A stretch of DNA of 64,000 nucleotides, from positions 2,783 to 66,782 of the forward strand of contig JBILPR010000001.1 of NCBI GenBank assembly GCA_044373795.1, read 5' to 3'. How positions within the stretch are numbered: position 1 is the first letter of the stretch; every line of letters starts with the position of its first letter. Below are positions 1 through 10,606 of the stretch, one piece after another. Both the position numbers and the translations under genes were made by a program. The notes under the pieces are model-generated. The model saw only the letters and a list, made by a program, of their open reading frames with translations, made no database searches and was not told the DNA's origin. Origin of the DNA: Algoriphagus sp. Lineage in GTDB: Bacteria > Bacteroidota > Bacteroidia > Cytophagales > Cyclobacteriaceae.

Positions 1-2
1 TA

Positions 3-2363
3 TTTCTGCCTTTGCTTTTTATTGCCCTTTTCGAAGCAAATGCCCAATCTCCTCTCAGTGTCGAATACATCATGCGTGATCCGAAGTGGATGGGGACTTT
101 TCCTTCTGCGGCTTCCTGGGGAGACGATGGGAAACAGCTGTTTTTTCAATTCAACAAAGATCTGGATCCTTCAGATTCTCTCTATAAAATTAACCTTTCC
201 AATCCTGCTCAAATCCAAAAAGTACATTGGGCGGAGGCAAAAGATCTGAGAAAATCAGATCTATCTTACAATCGTGACAAAAGCCTGCGTCTTTATCGGG
301 AAGGAAATAACCTGATGATGGACTATCCCCCTTTGGGAAATCCGGTTGTTTTGCTCGAGTGGTTTGAAGAGTTCGATAACCCAAGGTTTCTGGCCGATGA
401 TGTTGAAATTTCCTTCATCTCATCCGGAAATATTTATGTTTTCAATCGCAATTCTAAGAGTATCACCAGAACAACCAATATTTTGGCGGGCACGAAACCA
501 CAGGCTCGAAGCCCTCTTACCGAAAAAAAATCAGGATTTCTGGAGGCAGAAAATCTAAACTTACTTCAGGAAGTGAGGGAGCGGGAAGAAGCCAAAAAAC
601 TATCAAGAACATACCGTGAGTCAATTGCAAACCAAAGTGATGAGGCATTTGCCTATTATAAAGAAGGGAAAAACATTTCCAATCTTCAGCTTTCGCCCGA
701 CAAGCAATTTGCAACATTCTCTGTTTTTACCTCGCCGACGACCAACAAAAACACGAAAGTTCCAGACTACACCGCAGCTTCGGGATACACTGAAGATCTG
801 AACTCACGGTCAAAAGTTGGAAATGATCCCACAAAAACTGAAGTGGGAATTTATGATCTAAATCGCGACACCGTTTATTTCGTCTCTTCAGCTGATCTCC
901 CAGGAATCAAAGATTTGCCTGATTATGTGAAAGACTATCCTGAGAAAACCTGGGAGGAAAAAGAAAGAGATTTAATCTTATCCGGCCCATATTTTTCGCC
1001 TGACGGAAAAAGAGCAATTATCCAGATTCGAGCTTTTGATAATAAAGACCGTTGGATAGCTGAGGTAAATCTTCAAACCGGGGAATTGAAAACTCTCGAT
1101 CGTCAACGAGACGAAGCATGGGTTGGTGGTCCCGGAATCGGCGGAGCTTTTGGAGGAGGAGTATTGGGTTGGCTTCCGGACAATCAGCATATTTATTTCC
1201 AGTCAGAGTCTACCGGATATTCCCATCTTTACTTGCTGAATGCAACAACTGGTGGGAAAAAGGCCCTCACATCCGGTAAATACGAAGTTTTTGATCCGTT
1301 TATTTCTAAGGATCAAAAGCTTTGGTACCTCACCACATCCGAAGTTGATCCGGGAGAAAGACACTTTTATCGCATGCCGCTCATGGGTGGAAAGATGGAA
1401 AAACTGACCTCCATGACCGGAAACAATGAGGTCATACTTTCACCGGATGAGAAGAAACTTGCAATTCTATATTCCTACACCAATCAGCCAACCGAACTTT
1501 TCATTCAAGATGCTAAAGTTGGTGCCAAAGCCACGCAACTTACAGCGGGCCAAAGTGCAGAATTCAAAGCCTATTCCTGGAAAGATCCCCAGATCGTCCG
1601 ATTCACGGCTGAAGATGGAGCACAGGTTCCTGCCAGACTTTATCTGCCTGACCCGGGAAAAACGAATGGCGCTGCGGTGATTTTCGTCCACGGCGCGGGC
1701 TATCTTCAAAACGTACATAAGTGGTGGAGCACCTATTTCCGTGAGTATATGTTCCACAATCTTTTGACAGATCTAGGCTACACGGTATTGGACATAGATT
1801 ACCGCGCTTCAGCCGGATACGGCCGGGACTGGAGAACAGGAATCTATCGCCACATGGGAGGAAAGGACCTTTCTGACCAAGTAGACGGAGCAAAGTTCCT
1901 GGTAAATTCCCATGGAGTAGATGCCGGAAGAATCGGTATTTACGGAGGAAGCTATGGTGGTTTCATCACCTTGATGGGACTTTTCATCGCTCCGGAAGTT
2001 TTCAAATCAGGTGCGGCACTTCGCTCTGTGACAGATTGGGCGCATTACAATCACGGTTACACTGCCAATATTCTTAACACCCCCGAAGAAGATCCGATCG
2101 CATACCGTCGCTCCTCTCCTATTTATTTTGCCGAAGGCCTGAAAGGAAATCTGCTCATGGCACACGGAATGGTAGATGTAAATGTGCATTTCCAGGATGT
2201 GGTGAGACTTTCTCAGCGATTAATCGAACTCAAAAAAGACAATTGGGAAATGGCAATCTATCCGGTCGAGGACCACGGTTTTGTAGAGCCAAGTTCATGG
2301 ACTGACGAATACAAACGAATCCTCAAACTCTTCAATTCCACTCTTCTTATTCCTCAACTATGA
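3..2363 (+). CDS. S9 family (DPP IV/prolyl oligopeptidase-like) peptidase, 5'-truncated by window edge
   Basis: GGSYGG nucleophile elbow, DVNVH Asp region, EDHGF His, beta-propeller N-terminus. Frame is open back to base 3 (signal-peptide-like FLPLLFIALFEANAQ), so the true start is probably upstream of the window. Confidence 0.9.
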   Translation, partial: FLPLLFIALFEANAQSPLSVEYIMRDPKWMGTFPSAASWGDDGKQLFFQFNKDLDPSDSLYKINLSNPAQIQKVHWAEAKDLRKSDLSYNRDKSLRLYREGNNLMMDYPPLGNPVVLLEWFEEFDNPRFLADDVEISFISSGNIYVFNRNSKSITRTTNILAGTKPQARSPLTEKKSGFLEAENLNLLQEVREREEAKKLSRTYRESIANQSDEAFAYYKEGKNISNLQLSPDKQFATFSVFTSPTTNKNTKVPDYTAASGYTEDLNSRSKVGNDPTKTEVGIYDLNRDTVYFVSSADLPGIKDLPDYVKDYPEKTWEEKERDLILSGPYFSPDGKRAIIQIRAFDNKDRWIAEVNLQTGELKTLDRQRDEAWVGGPGIGGAFGGGVLGWLPDNQHIYFQSESTGYSHLYLLNATTGGKKALTSGKYEVFDPFISKDQKLWYLTTSEVDPGERHFYRMPLMGGKMEKLTSMTGNNEVILSPDEKKLAILYSYTNQPTELFIQDAKVGAKATQLTAGQSAEFKAYSWKDPQIVRFTAEDGAQVPARLYLPDPGKTNGAAVIFVHGAGYLQNVHKWWSTYFREYMFHNLLTDLGYTVLDIDYRASAGYGRDWRTGIYRHMGGKDLSDQVDGAKFLVNSHGVDAGRIGIYGGSYGGFITLMGLFIAPEVFKSGAALRSVTDWAHYNHGYTANILNTPEEDPIAYRRSSPIYFAEGLKGNLLMAHGMVDVNVHFQDVVRLSQRLIELKKDNWEMAIYPVEDHGFVEPSSWTDEYKRILKLFNSTLLIPQL

Positions 2364-4072
2364 TAAATTTCCGATCCAACGGAAGCTTTCTTGTTTTGAT
2401 TGCTTTCAGCATTGCCAGTTTTTCCTGCGGAAAGAAAGAACCCGAACCAGAAAAAATTCAGGGCCTGATTGCTGAAAAAGCAATGGTTGTCTCGGCCAGA
2501 GAAGAAGCCTCTGCAATCGGGTTAGAAATAATCAGAAAAGGAGGAAACGCTTTTGATGCGATGATGGCGACCGAAATGGCTTTGGCTGTGACCTATCCTT
2601 TCGCAGGAAATCTCGGAGGCGGAGGATTCATGGTTTACAGGATGGCTGATGGCACTGCTGGCTCGATTGATTACCGCGAAAAGGCACCTGCAGCATCTTC
2701 AAAAGACATGTACCTGGATGAGAATGGTGAGGTAATTCCAAACCTAAGTACACAGGGAGTTATGGCTTCAGGGGTGCCGGGCACTATTGCCGGAATCTTT
2801 GATGCACAGGAAAAATTCGGAAAACTGACTCCTGCTGAAATCCTCCAACCCGTCATTGAATTGGCGAGAAGAGGTTTTGTCATCACGGAAAAACAAGCGG
2901 AACGACTTCAAAAAGCCCGTCAAACTTTCATCGAGGTCAATGGTCCGGAAACCTTTTTTGGAAAAGAACTGAAAGCGGGAGACACATTGAAAATCCCGAT
3001 TTTGGCAGAAACGCTCAGCAGAATTGCAGCAAACGGCAGAGATGAGTTTTACAAGGGTGAGACAGCCAAAATACTTGCTAAGCACATGCAAGACAAAGGT
3101 GGAATCATCACAGAGGAAGATCTCGCAGGATACGAAGCTGCTTGGAGAGATCCAATTGTATTTCCCTATAAGGATTTGAAAATCATATCTATGGCACCTC
3201 CAAGTTCAGGTGGAATCACACTTGCTCAAATCATGAAAATGGTCGAGCCTTATGATCTGAAATCCTACGGGCACCATTCTCCGGAGCATATTCAACTTCT
3301 GGTTGAGGCAGAAAGAAGAGCATATGCGGATCGAAATTTCTATCTGGGTGATCCGGATTTTGTGAAAATCCCTGTGAATGAATTGTTGAATTCGGATTAC
3401 TTGAAATCAAGAATGTCAAACTTTAGTTTTGATGTGGCTACTAAATCATCCGATGTAAAGGAAGGTGAAATTGCTTTCGCAGAAAGTATGGAAACAACTC
3501 ACTATTCCATCGTCGACGCCGAGGGAAATGCGGTTTCTGTAACCACCACTTTGAATGGAGGCTATGGATCCAAAGTCTTTATCGACGAACTCGGCTTTTT
3601 CATGAACAATGAAATGGACGACTTCAGCTCGAAAGCAGGAGTGCCAAATATGTTTGGATTGATCGGTGCAGAAGCAAATAGCATCGCCCCGGGCAAGAGA
3701 ATGCTCAGCTCCATGACACCAACCCTTGTTGAAAAAGACGGGAAGCTTTGGATGGTGGTGGGAACGCCGGGCGGATCGACGATCATTACTTCTGTCTTGC
3801 AAACGATTTTGAATGTCTATGAATTTGGGATGGGAATGCAGGAAGCTGTTGAGGCACCCCGATTTCATCATCAATGGTTACCGGATTTGGTGAGTTTTGA
3901 ACCCGATTCATTTGACTCCACTTTGATCAGCAAGTTGAAATTGAAGGGCTACCTCATTCAGGAAAACAACAATCCCATCATCGGAAAAGTGGATGCCATC
4001 CTGGTGCTTCCAACTGGAAAACTGGAAGGTGGCGCCGATCCAAGAGGTGATGATAAAGCGGTAGGTTTTTGA
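2360..4072 (+). CDS. ggt: gamma-glutamyltransferase (lipoprotein)
   Basis: GGNAFDA, IDYRE, ETTHYS autoprocessing Thr, NNEMDDF, LSSMTP, GTPGGSTI, ADPR; lipobox SFSC; ATGA overlap with upstream gene. Confidence 0.95.
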   Translation: MINFRSNGSFLVLIAFSIASFSCGKKEPEPEKIQGLIAEKAMVVSAREEASAIGLEIIRKGGNAFDAMMATEMALAVTYPFAGNLGGGGFMVYRMADGTAGSIDYREKAPAASSKDMYLDENGEVIPNLSTQGVMASGVPGTIAGIFDAQEKFGKLTPAEILQPVIELARRGFVITEKQAERLQKARQTFIEVNGPETFFGKELKAGDTLKIPILAETLSRIAANGRDEFYKGETAKILAKHMQDKGGIITEEDLAGYEAAWRDPIVFPYKDLKIISMAPPSSGGITLAQIMKMVEPYDLKSYGHHSPEHIQLLVEAERRAYADRNFYLGDPDFVKIPVNELLNSDYLKSRMSNFSFDVATKSSDVKEGEIAFAESMETTHYSIVDAEGNAVSVTTTLNGGYGSKVFIDELGFFMNNEMDDFSSKAGVPNMFGLIGAEANSIAPGKRMLSSMTPTLVEKDGKLWMVVGTPGGSTIITSVLQTILNVYEFGMGMQEAVEAPRFHHQWLPDLVSFEPDSFDSTLISKLKLKGYLIQENNNPIIGKVDAILVLPTGKLEGGADPRGDDKAVGF

Positions 4073-4139
4073 AATCCTTGAGATTTATTTCATTCATCCA
4101 AAACCCTCTAATTTTCCCATATTTCAATTTTTGAATCCT

Positions 4140-4147
4140 TAATTTTG
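4140..4147 (+). promoter_or_regulatory. Bacteroidota -7 promoter box (TAATTTTG) upstream of mnmA
   Basis: Exact TAnnTTTG match about 90 nt upstream of the mnmA start. Confidence 0.5.
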
Positions 4148-4234
4148 CCTTGCTAAGAACCAATTCCATCTAAATCAATGTTCTCGCAATACTTGTAACC
4201 TAATGGACCTTTAATCCATTAATTATTACGCTAA

Positions 4235-5446
4235 ATGAAAACAAAACAAAGAGTAGTCGTTGGCCTTTCGGGCGGCGTCGATAGTTCGGTAGCAGCTCAC
4301 CTCCTCCTAGAGCAAGGCTATGAAGTCATCGGGATGTTCATGAAAAACTGGCACGATGAATCCGTCACCATTTCCAATGATTGTCCTTGGATGGAAGATT
4401 CCACGGATGCAATGTTGGTCGCGCAGAAACTCGGAATTCCCTTTCAAGCCATTGATCTCAGCGAAGACTATCGAGAGAGAATCGTCGATTACATGTTTTC
4501 GGAATATGAAGCTGGTCGCACTCCCAATCCGGATATCCTTTGCAACCGCGAAATCAAATTTGATATTTTCCTAAAAGCTGCTCAAAAACTCAAAGCCGAC
4601 TTTGTCGCTACGGGTCATTATTGTCAAAAAGGAGAATTGGAAGTTGGGGGAATGCCAGTTTACCAGCTACTTGCAGGAGCCGATCCAAACAAGGATCAGA
4701 GTTATTTTCTCTGCCAATTGAGTCAGGACCAACTAGCTAAAGCACTTTTTCCCATCGGGCATTTGCAAAAATCCGAAGTGCGAAAAATTGCAAAAGAATT
4801 AGATTTGGTTACTGCGGATAAAAAAGACTCACAGGGTCTATGCTTCATCGGAAAAGTTCGCCTACCGGATTTTCTCCAGCAGCAACTAAAGCCCAAAAAG
4901 GGTAATATCATTCAAATCCCTGAGAATTTGGAGATTTACAAGACCCTTCAAATCCCTGCAGGAATCGCTCCTGAAGATTGGGAAGACGAGATTTTAGACG
5001 CGATTTCTTTGCCGATTCACTATTCTCGAAATCAGGGAAAGGTACTAGGCGAGCATACAGGAGCACATTATTTTACCGTGGGACAGCGAAAAGGATTGCA
5101 TGTCGGTGGAACAGGTAAGCCGTTGTTTGTGATCTCAACCGATACAAAGGAGAACGTTATTTACACGGGTTTGGGAGAGGATCACCCGGGTCTGCTACGA
5201 AATGGCTTATTTGTTAAAACCGACCAAATCCACTGGATTCGGGAAGATTTAGCCCTGAAGCCGGGTGAATCCGCCAGATTCCAAGCAAGGATTCGATACC
5301 GTCAGCCACTCAGCGGAGCCACTTTAATCCAAAAAGAAAACGGACTGTATGTGATCTTTGACCAACCGCAAAAAGGAGTCGCTTCCGGGCAATTTGTGGC
5401 TTGGTACGAAGGCGAAGAATGTATTGGCTCGGGGACGATATTTTAA
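4235..5446 (+). CDS. mnmA: tRNA 2-thiouridine(34) synthase MnmA
   Basis: [52 protein letters not shown]. Confidence 0.97.
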   Translation: MKTKQRVVVGLSGGVDSSVAAHLLLEQGYEVIGMFMKNWHDESVTISNDCPWMEDSTDAMLVAQKLGIPFQAIDLSEDYRERIVDYMFSEYEAGRTPNPDILCNREIKFDIFLKAAQKLKADFVATGHYCQKGELEVGGMPVYQLLAGADPNKDQSYFLCQLSQDQLAKALFPIGHLQKSEVRKIAKELDLVTADKKDSQGLCFIGKVRLPDFLQQQLKPKKGNIIQIPENLEIYKTLQIPAGIAPEDWEDEILDAISLPIHYSRNQGKVLGEHTGAHYFTVGQRKGLHVGGTGKPLFVISTDTKENVIYTGLGEDHPGLLRNGLFVKTDQIHWIREDLALKPGESARFQARIRYRQPLSGATLIQKENGLYVIFDQPQKGVASGQFVAWYEGEECIGSGTIF

Positions 5447-5453
5447 TTAATTC

Positions 5454-5481
5454 AGAAATACGATTTAAGAAATACGAGGTT
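5454..5481. repeat. degenerate heptamer tandem run
   Basis: agaaata cgattta agaaata cgaggtt, followed by inverted repeat gaggttaatgat...atcattaacctc. Confidence 0.4.
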
Positions 5482-5570
5482 AATGATAACCGTAAGATGA
5501 ATTCGAGATCATTAACCTCTTTTTAATATTCAGCAATTCTAAATTTTCAGTTCACTTATTTCAATTCACT

Positions 5571-6290
5571 TTGCCTCTAGATATCCTTTTTGAAGACGAA
5601 TACCTGGTCATCATCGACAAACCTGCCGGATTGCTGGTTCACCGTACGAGATTGGCTTTCGGCGAAGAAGAAAACGCCTTAATCCAACTCCGGGATCAGA
5701 TTGATTCCTGGGTTTCGCCGGTTCATCGATTGGATCGAGCCACCAGCGGAACTTTGCTTTTTGCAAAAAACAGCGAAATTCTTCCTCTGCTGAAGGCACA
5801 ATTTATGGATCGTGTGGTTGAAAAAACTTACTTGACAATCGTACGAGGAATTCCTGCTGATAAAGAAAACCTCATTGATCATCCTCTGACCAGTGAGCGT
5901 TCAGGAAAACTTCAGGAAGCACAGACCCGATACAAAGTAATTGCCGAATCAGAAATTCCATTTAATTCCACTGGAAGGTACCCCACAAGTCGATATAGTT
6001 TTTTGGAGCTAGACCTGATGACGGGCCGAACCCACCAAATCAGAAGACATTTGGCTCATATCCGACATTACATAATCGGAGATAAAAAACATGGAGACAA
6101 CAAACAGAACATTTTCTTCCAAAAGCAATTTGGATTGGAAAACCTGCTGCTTCACGCTTTTGAATTAAAATTCAAACATCCTGTAAGTCAACAAGAAATC
6201 CTCATTCAGGCTCCTATTCCTGTACATTTTCGGACTATTATGAAGGAACTGGGCTGGAATCCTGACCAAATGTTCTCTACTATTAATTGA
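5571..6290 (+). CDS. RluA/TruC family pseudouridine synthase
   Basis: DKPAGLLVH, HRLDRATSG catalytic Asp, TGRTHQIRRH, IIGDKKHG, LLLHA; TTG start. Confidence 0.92.
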   Translation: MPLDILFEDEYLVIIDKPAGLLVHRTRLAFGEEENALIQLRDQIDSWVSPVHRLDRATSGTLLFAKNSEILPLLKAQFMDRVVEKTYLTIVRGIPADKENLIDHPLTSERSGKLQEAQTRYKVIAESEIPFNSTGRYPTSRYSFLELDLMTGRTHQIRRHLAHIRHYIIGDKKHGDNKQNIFFQKQFGLENLLLHAFELKFKHPVSQQEILIQAPIPVHFRTIMKELGWNPDQMFSTIN

Positions 6291-6333
6291 AATCCCGATT
6301 TTGAATTACTTTACGCGAGCAAAAAATCTCTCT

Positions 6334-7806
6334 ATGCAAAAATCTATTTTAGGTCTTGGATTGCTCCTTGCGAGCACACAAATTTCATTGGCACAAAAGG
6401 CCGATATTGATCAGAAATTTGATCAAAAAGAATCGGTATCTCATTTTTCTTATCTGGCTTCAGACGAGTTGATGGGAAGAGATCCCGCTCGTCCGGAGAT
6501 AAAGCTTGCTTATACTTTCATCGCAGACCAATTGAAAAAGTATGGAGCAAAGCCAGTTCCTGGCGCAGACGGATATTATCAAAACATTCCTTTTCGACTA
6601 TCCACTCCTCCTTCCAAAGGTCAGATATCCCTTGGTGATTCAATTTTCACTCAGGGAAAATCCCTATTGGTTTTGGATGGAAATTCTCTTTCTGGTGATT
6701 TTGAACTGATTGAGGTTGGATTCGGACTTGAATCTGATTACGAGGGAAAAGATGTAACCGGAAAAGTAGTAGTCACGAATATCGGTGCTCCCGATCGTAT
6801 GACTCCTGCGGATCTTTTTTCCCTTGGAAGAGATAAATTATCTTTGGCCCAAGCTAAAGGTGCTATCGGCTTGATTGAGATGTATAACATCCCTTCAATT
6901 CCGTGGCAATTGATCTCAAACAATCTGAACAGACCTCAGATGGGCATTGATCAGAGAGCATCTTCCGCATTGCCTTATATTTGGATCAAAGACCTTACTA
7001 ACGAAACCAAAAATTCGGTGGCCACCAGAAAGGTTACAAAAGCAAGCTTTGCAATCGAAGGGAAAATCAATAAGTCAATCGACGGAAAAAATGTGTTGGC
7101 TTGGGTAGAAGGAACAGATCCTGAATTGAAAAATGAGTTTGTTATGCTTTCGGCCCATTATGATCACGTGGGTGTTGGCAAGGCGGATGCTGAAGGAGAT
7201 TCGATTTTCAACGGTGCAAGAGATAATGCAGTCGGAACAGTAGCGGTCCTGAATGCAGCGAGATATTTTGCCGAAAATCCACCAAAACGATCCATTCTTT
7301 TAGCCCTATGGACTGCTGAAGAAAAGGGACTTTTGGGAAGTAACTATTTTGCCAACAACCCTTTGATTCCTCTGGATCAGATCATTTTCAACTTAAATAT
7401 CGATAACGCAGGTTATAACGATACTTCAATTATTACAGTAATTGGACTAGGAAGGACAACTGGCGATTATATGATCAGCGATGCCGTGGCCGAGTATGGC
7501 CTGAAAGCAACAGCTGATCCGTCTCCAGAGCAGGGACTTTATGACCGATCTGATAATGTAAATTTTGCAAGAAGAGGCATTCCGGCACCAAGTTTTACAT
7601 TAGGTTTTACTGCCTTTGATGACACTATCAATCAATATTATCATAAAGCAGCAGATGAGGTTGAATCCTTCGATATGGATTATGCAGCCTTATATTGGAA
7701 GTCTTATATTCTCTCAGCGCAAAAGATTGCCGATTCACTCAAAAAGCCTTTCTGGATAGTTGGTGACAAATACGAAAGCGTAGGAATAATGCTTTACGAA
7801 AATTGA
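6334..7806 (+). CDS. M28 family metallopeptidase (secreted)
   Basis: SAHYDHVG, GARDNAVG, TAEEKGLLGS, NIDN, RSDN, YHKAAD; signal peptide from ATG 6334 (track starts at TTG 6301). Confidence 0.9.
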   Translation: MQKSILGLGLLLASTQISLAQKADIDQKFDQKESVSHFSYLASDELMGRDPARPEIKLAYTFIADQLKKYGAKPVPGADGYYQNIPFRLSTPPSKGQISLGDSIFTQGKSLLVLDGNSLSGDFELIEVGFGLESDYEGKDVTGKVVVTNIGAPDRMTPADLFSLGRDKLSLAQAKGAIGLIEMYNIPSIPWQLISNNLNRPQMGIDQRASSALPYIWIKDLTNETKNSVATRKVTKASFAIEGKINKSIDGKNVLAWVEGTDPELKNEFVMLSAHYDHVGVGKADAEGDSIFNGARDNAVGTVAVLNAARYFAENPPKRSILLALWTAEEKGLLGSNYFANNPLIPLDQIIFNLNIDNAGYNDTSIITVIGLGRTTGDYMISDAVAEYGLKATADPSPEQGLYDRSDNVNFARRGIPAPSFTLGFTAFDDTINQYYHKAADEVESFDMDYAALYWKSYILSAQKIADSLKKPFWIVGDKYESVGIMLYEN

Positions 7807-7815
7807 TTCAAGTCC

Positions 7816-7850
7816 TGAAAAGCCCTCTGAAGGGCTTTTCATTTTTTTTT
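7816..7850 (+). terminator. intrinsic terminator
   Basis: tgaaaagccct-ctga-agggcttttca followed by T9. Confidence 0.8.
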
Positions 7851-7909
7851 AAAAGGCTTAACTTAAGAGTCTTAATTTTCTCATAATTCCATCATTTTTC
7901 TCTCCAAGT

Positions 7910-8626
7910 ATGGATAATTTAGCTGAACATCTTCCCAAAGTATTTGTAAGTCACTCTTGGCGAGACAAACGATTGGCAATGGAAATCACCGATGGCCTCA
8001 GGGGTCTGAACTGTGCGCATGTGTGGATGGATTTTGAGAATATGATTGCCGGCAAATCCATCGATGAAAGCCTCCAGCAAGAATTGGCAAAAATGGATTA
8101 CATGATTTTGATTTGGACAAGTAATTCGGCTTTCAATGAAAATGTTGCCAATGAAATGAACTGGGCAAAACATTTTCAAATACCCATAATTCCCTGCTAT
8201 TTTGAATTTGATGAAAGGGGAAGTCCATTTCCAGAACAAACTGGTGCGATTCAGGGAATCCTGGGAGTTGAGTTCCGGAAAATGAACCAAGGTTTGGTTA
8301 CGTTATTTCACACGCTACAACATCACACCAAAAAGACATTACCTACAGAAATCAATGAAGACATATCTTCGCAGATGACCCTCCTGAAAAAAATGGAGGC
8401 TCTCAATGGTTACCTTGTCAACTACAGGAATATCAAAAACACGGGTGATGATCGAAAATATTGGATCAGTAAAGTTATGGATGTACTGGAATCCTTGATT
8501 GTTGCAGGAGGAAATGAAATCCTGATCAATCAGTTTATGAGTTCTCTTGGTAGTCTTCAGGCCACAGATCCTGAAGCTTACGAAGCTGTCAAACCTAGAT
8601 TAGAATCTTATTTCAAGAATAAATAA
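7910..8626 (+). CDS. TIR domain protein (TIR_2-like) with unknown helical C-terminus
   Basis: KVFVSHSWRDK, VWMD, AGKSIDESL, MILIWTSNS, NVANEMNWA (catalytic Glu position), IPIIP. Confidence 0.85.
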   Translation: MDNLAEHLPKVFVSHSWRDKRLAMEITDGLRGLNCAHVWMDFENMIAGKSIDESLQQELAKMDYMILIWTSNSAFNENVANEMNWAKHFQIPIIPCYFEFDERGSPFPEQTGAIQGILGVEFRKMNQGLVTLFHTLQHHTKKTLPTEINEDISSQMTLLKKMEALNGYLVNYRNIKNTGDDRKYWISKVMDVLESLIVAGGNEILINQFMSSLGSLQATDPEAYEAVKPRLESYFKNK

Positions 8627-8633
8627 TTTTTTT

Positions 8634-9917
8634 TTAAAACAGCATTCCTGCAATCGTGGCAGTCATCAAACATGCTAAAGAAGCTGCAAGCAAGGCTCTA
8701 AGTCCCAATCTGCTTAGGTTTCCTTGTTGATTCGGTGCAATGATGCTGATACCTCCCAATTGAATTGCAATAGAGCTGAAGTTGGAAAAACCACAGAGAG
8801 CATAAGTTGAGATTACAATTGACTTGGGAGAAAGAGTTCCTGCTTCTTTCATATCTGCAAGGCTCAAATAAGCCACAAATTCATTGATTACCGTCTTCTG
8901 ACCCAAAAGGCTGCCTACTTGAAGTGTGTCAGCCCACTCAATTCCTATCACCCAGGCGAAAACCCGAAAGACTTGTCCAAAAAGGTATTCCAAAGAAAAT
9001 CCCTGAAACTGACCTCCTGTTGAATTGACAACCATGGCGTTTAATCCGGTGTATTCACCAATCATTCCGGTCAGAACGTAATTTAAAGCGGCAATAACAG
9101 CGATAAAAGCTAGAAGCATTGCTCCTACGTTAAGAGCTAATTTCAAACCTTCAGAAGCACCGATAGACATCGCATCGATCAGGTTGACACCCATGCTTTC
9201 TTTATTCACTTCCAGCTTTTCCGAAATCTTATCTTTCTCTAGTTCAGGAATAAAAATCTTCGACATCACAATCGCCGCGGGTGCGTTCATAATACTTGCT
9301 CCCAGCAAATATGCCGCAAAACGACTTTGCTCTTCCATGCTATCGCCACCAAGGAATGCTACATATCCGGCTAAAACTCCGCCTGCAATTGTAGCCATGC
9401 CTCCAGTCATCAGACACATCAATTCAGATCGGGTCATATGCGGAATAAAAGGACGAACTAAAAGCGGAGCTTCAGTCTGGCCGAGAAATATATTTCCTGC
9501 GGCAGATAAACTCTCTGGGCCAGAAAGCCTCATCGTACGAGCCATCACCCAGGCTATTCCAAAAACAACTTTTTGCAAGACCCCCAAGTAATATAAACCC
9601 GCTGATACTGTAGAAAAGAAAATGATGGTGGGCAAAACCTGGAAAGCAAAAATAAATCCAAATCCATCACCTGCAAGATCTCCAAAAATAAAGGCTGCAC
9701 CATCACGACTAAAGCTCAGAAACTTGACAAAAGCTTCACTCAAAAGAGCAAATCCCTGAGCGACTATTGAAACCTTGGTAATCAAAAAGCCAAAAACCAG
9801 CTGCAGCGATATTCCAATTCCTACTAGTCTCCAATCGACTTTCCGCTTGCTACTTGAAAAAATAAATGCAACCAAAACAAGGACTGCCAAACCAAAGACT
9901 CCTCTCAAATAATCCAT
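8634..9917 (-). CDS. nupC: CNT family nucleoside:cation symporter (NupC-like)
   Basis: FAFQVLPTIIFFS, NIFLGQTEAPL, GMATIAGGV, NEFVAY, YALCGFSNFSS. Confidence 0.9.
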   Translation of the reverse strand: MDYLRGVFGLAVLVLVAFIFSSSKRKVDWRLVGIGISLQLVFGFLITKVSIVAQGFALLSEAFVKFLSFSRDGAAFIFGDLAGDGFGFIFAFQVLPTIIFFSTVSAGLYYLGVLQKVVFGIAWVMARTMRLSGPESLSAAGNIFLGQTEAPLLVRPFIPHMTRSELMCLMTGGMATIAGGVLAGYVAFLGGDSMEEQSRFAAYLLGASIMNAPAAIVMSKIFIPELEKDKISEKLEVNKESMGVNLIDAMSIGASEGLKLALNVGAMLLAFIAVIAALNYVLTGMIGEYTGLNAMVVNSTGGQFQGFSLEYLFGQVFRVFAWVIGIEWADTLQVGSLLGQKTVINEFVAYLSLADMKEAGTLSPKSIVISTYALCGFSNFSSIAIQLGGISIIAPNQQGNLSRLGLRALLAASLACLMTATIAGMLF

Positions 9918-9967
9918 TTAGTATTTTTTACAAAACTGAAAGCTAAAAATAGACAAGTCAGGGTCAT

Positions 9968-9994
9968 AAAAAAAGCCTGGTTTTCGCCAGGCTT
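9968..9994 (-). terminator. intrinsic terminator of etfB-etfA-nuclease unit
   Basis: A7-gcctgg-ttttcg-ccaggctt. Confidence 0.7.
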
Positions 9995-10003
9995 CTATTT
10001 GTA

Positions 10004-10600
10004 TCAGTTTCTCTTATTTATTTCATCTCTTATTCGGGCTGCTCTCTCATAATCTTCATTTGCGATAGCTTTTTCCAACATCTGATTAAGTTTATCCAAG
10101 CTAAAATCCTTCAAAGAGGTTTCCTTTTTTGCTGTGATTTTTTGAGACTGAGTCTTAGGATCAGATTTTTCACTTTTGTTTTCAACCTCATAATGCTCGA
10201 CAGCACCTTCTGACATGGCTTTTTCCGAGCAGAATACCGGACACCCAAAACGAATAGCTATCGCAATCGCATCAGATGGACGAGCATCGATTTCAACTTC
10301 AGTTTGGCTGCTTTTGCATTGGATTTTCGCATAAAACACGCCTTCTTTCATATCGGTGATTACAATTCTGTCCACCTCAAAATTGAATCCAGCCGCAAAT
10401 GACTTGAACAAATCATGTGTCATGGGACGGTTTGGAATAATTTTTTCGATTTCGAGTGCGATCGCCTGAGCTTCAAACATCCCAATTACGATCGGTAATC
10501 TCCTTTTTCCACCCACTTCTCCCAAAACCAGAGTAAATGACCCTGACTGCGAATGGTTGGACGAAAGGCCCAGAATCTCAAGTTCTATGAGTTTTTCCAC
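10004..10600 (-). CDS. bifunctional nuclease (DUF151) + C-terminal UVR domain
   Basis: LPIVIGMFEAQAI, RPMTHDL, IDARPSDAIAIA; C-terminal AIANEDYERAARIRDEI. Confidence 0.9.
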   Translation of the reverse strand: MEKLIELEILGLSSNHSQSGSFTLVLGEVGGKRRLPIVIGMFEAQAIALEIEKIIPNRPMTHDLFKSFAAGFNFEVDRIVITDMKEGVFYAKIQCKSSQTEVEIDARPSDAIAIAIRFGCPVFCSEKAMSEGAVEHYEVENKSEKSDPKTQSQKITAKKETSLKDFSLDKLNQMLEKAIANEDYERAARIRDEINKRN

Positions 10601-10606
10601 AAAAAT

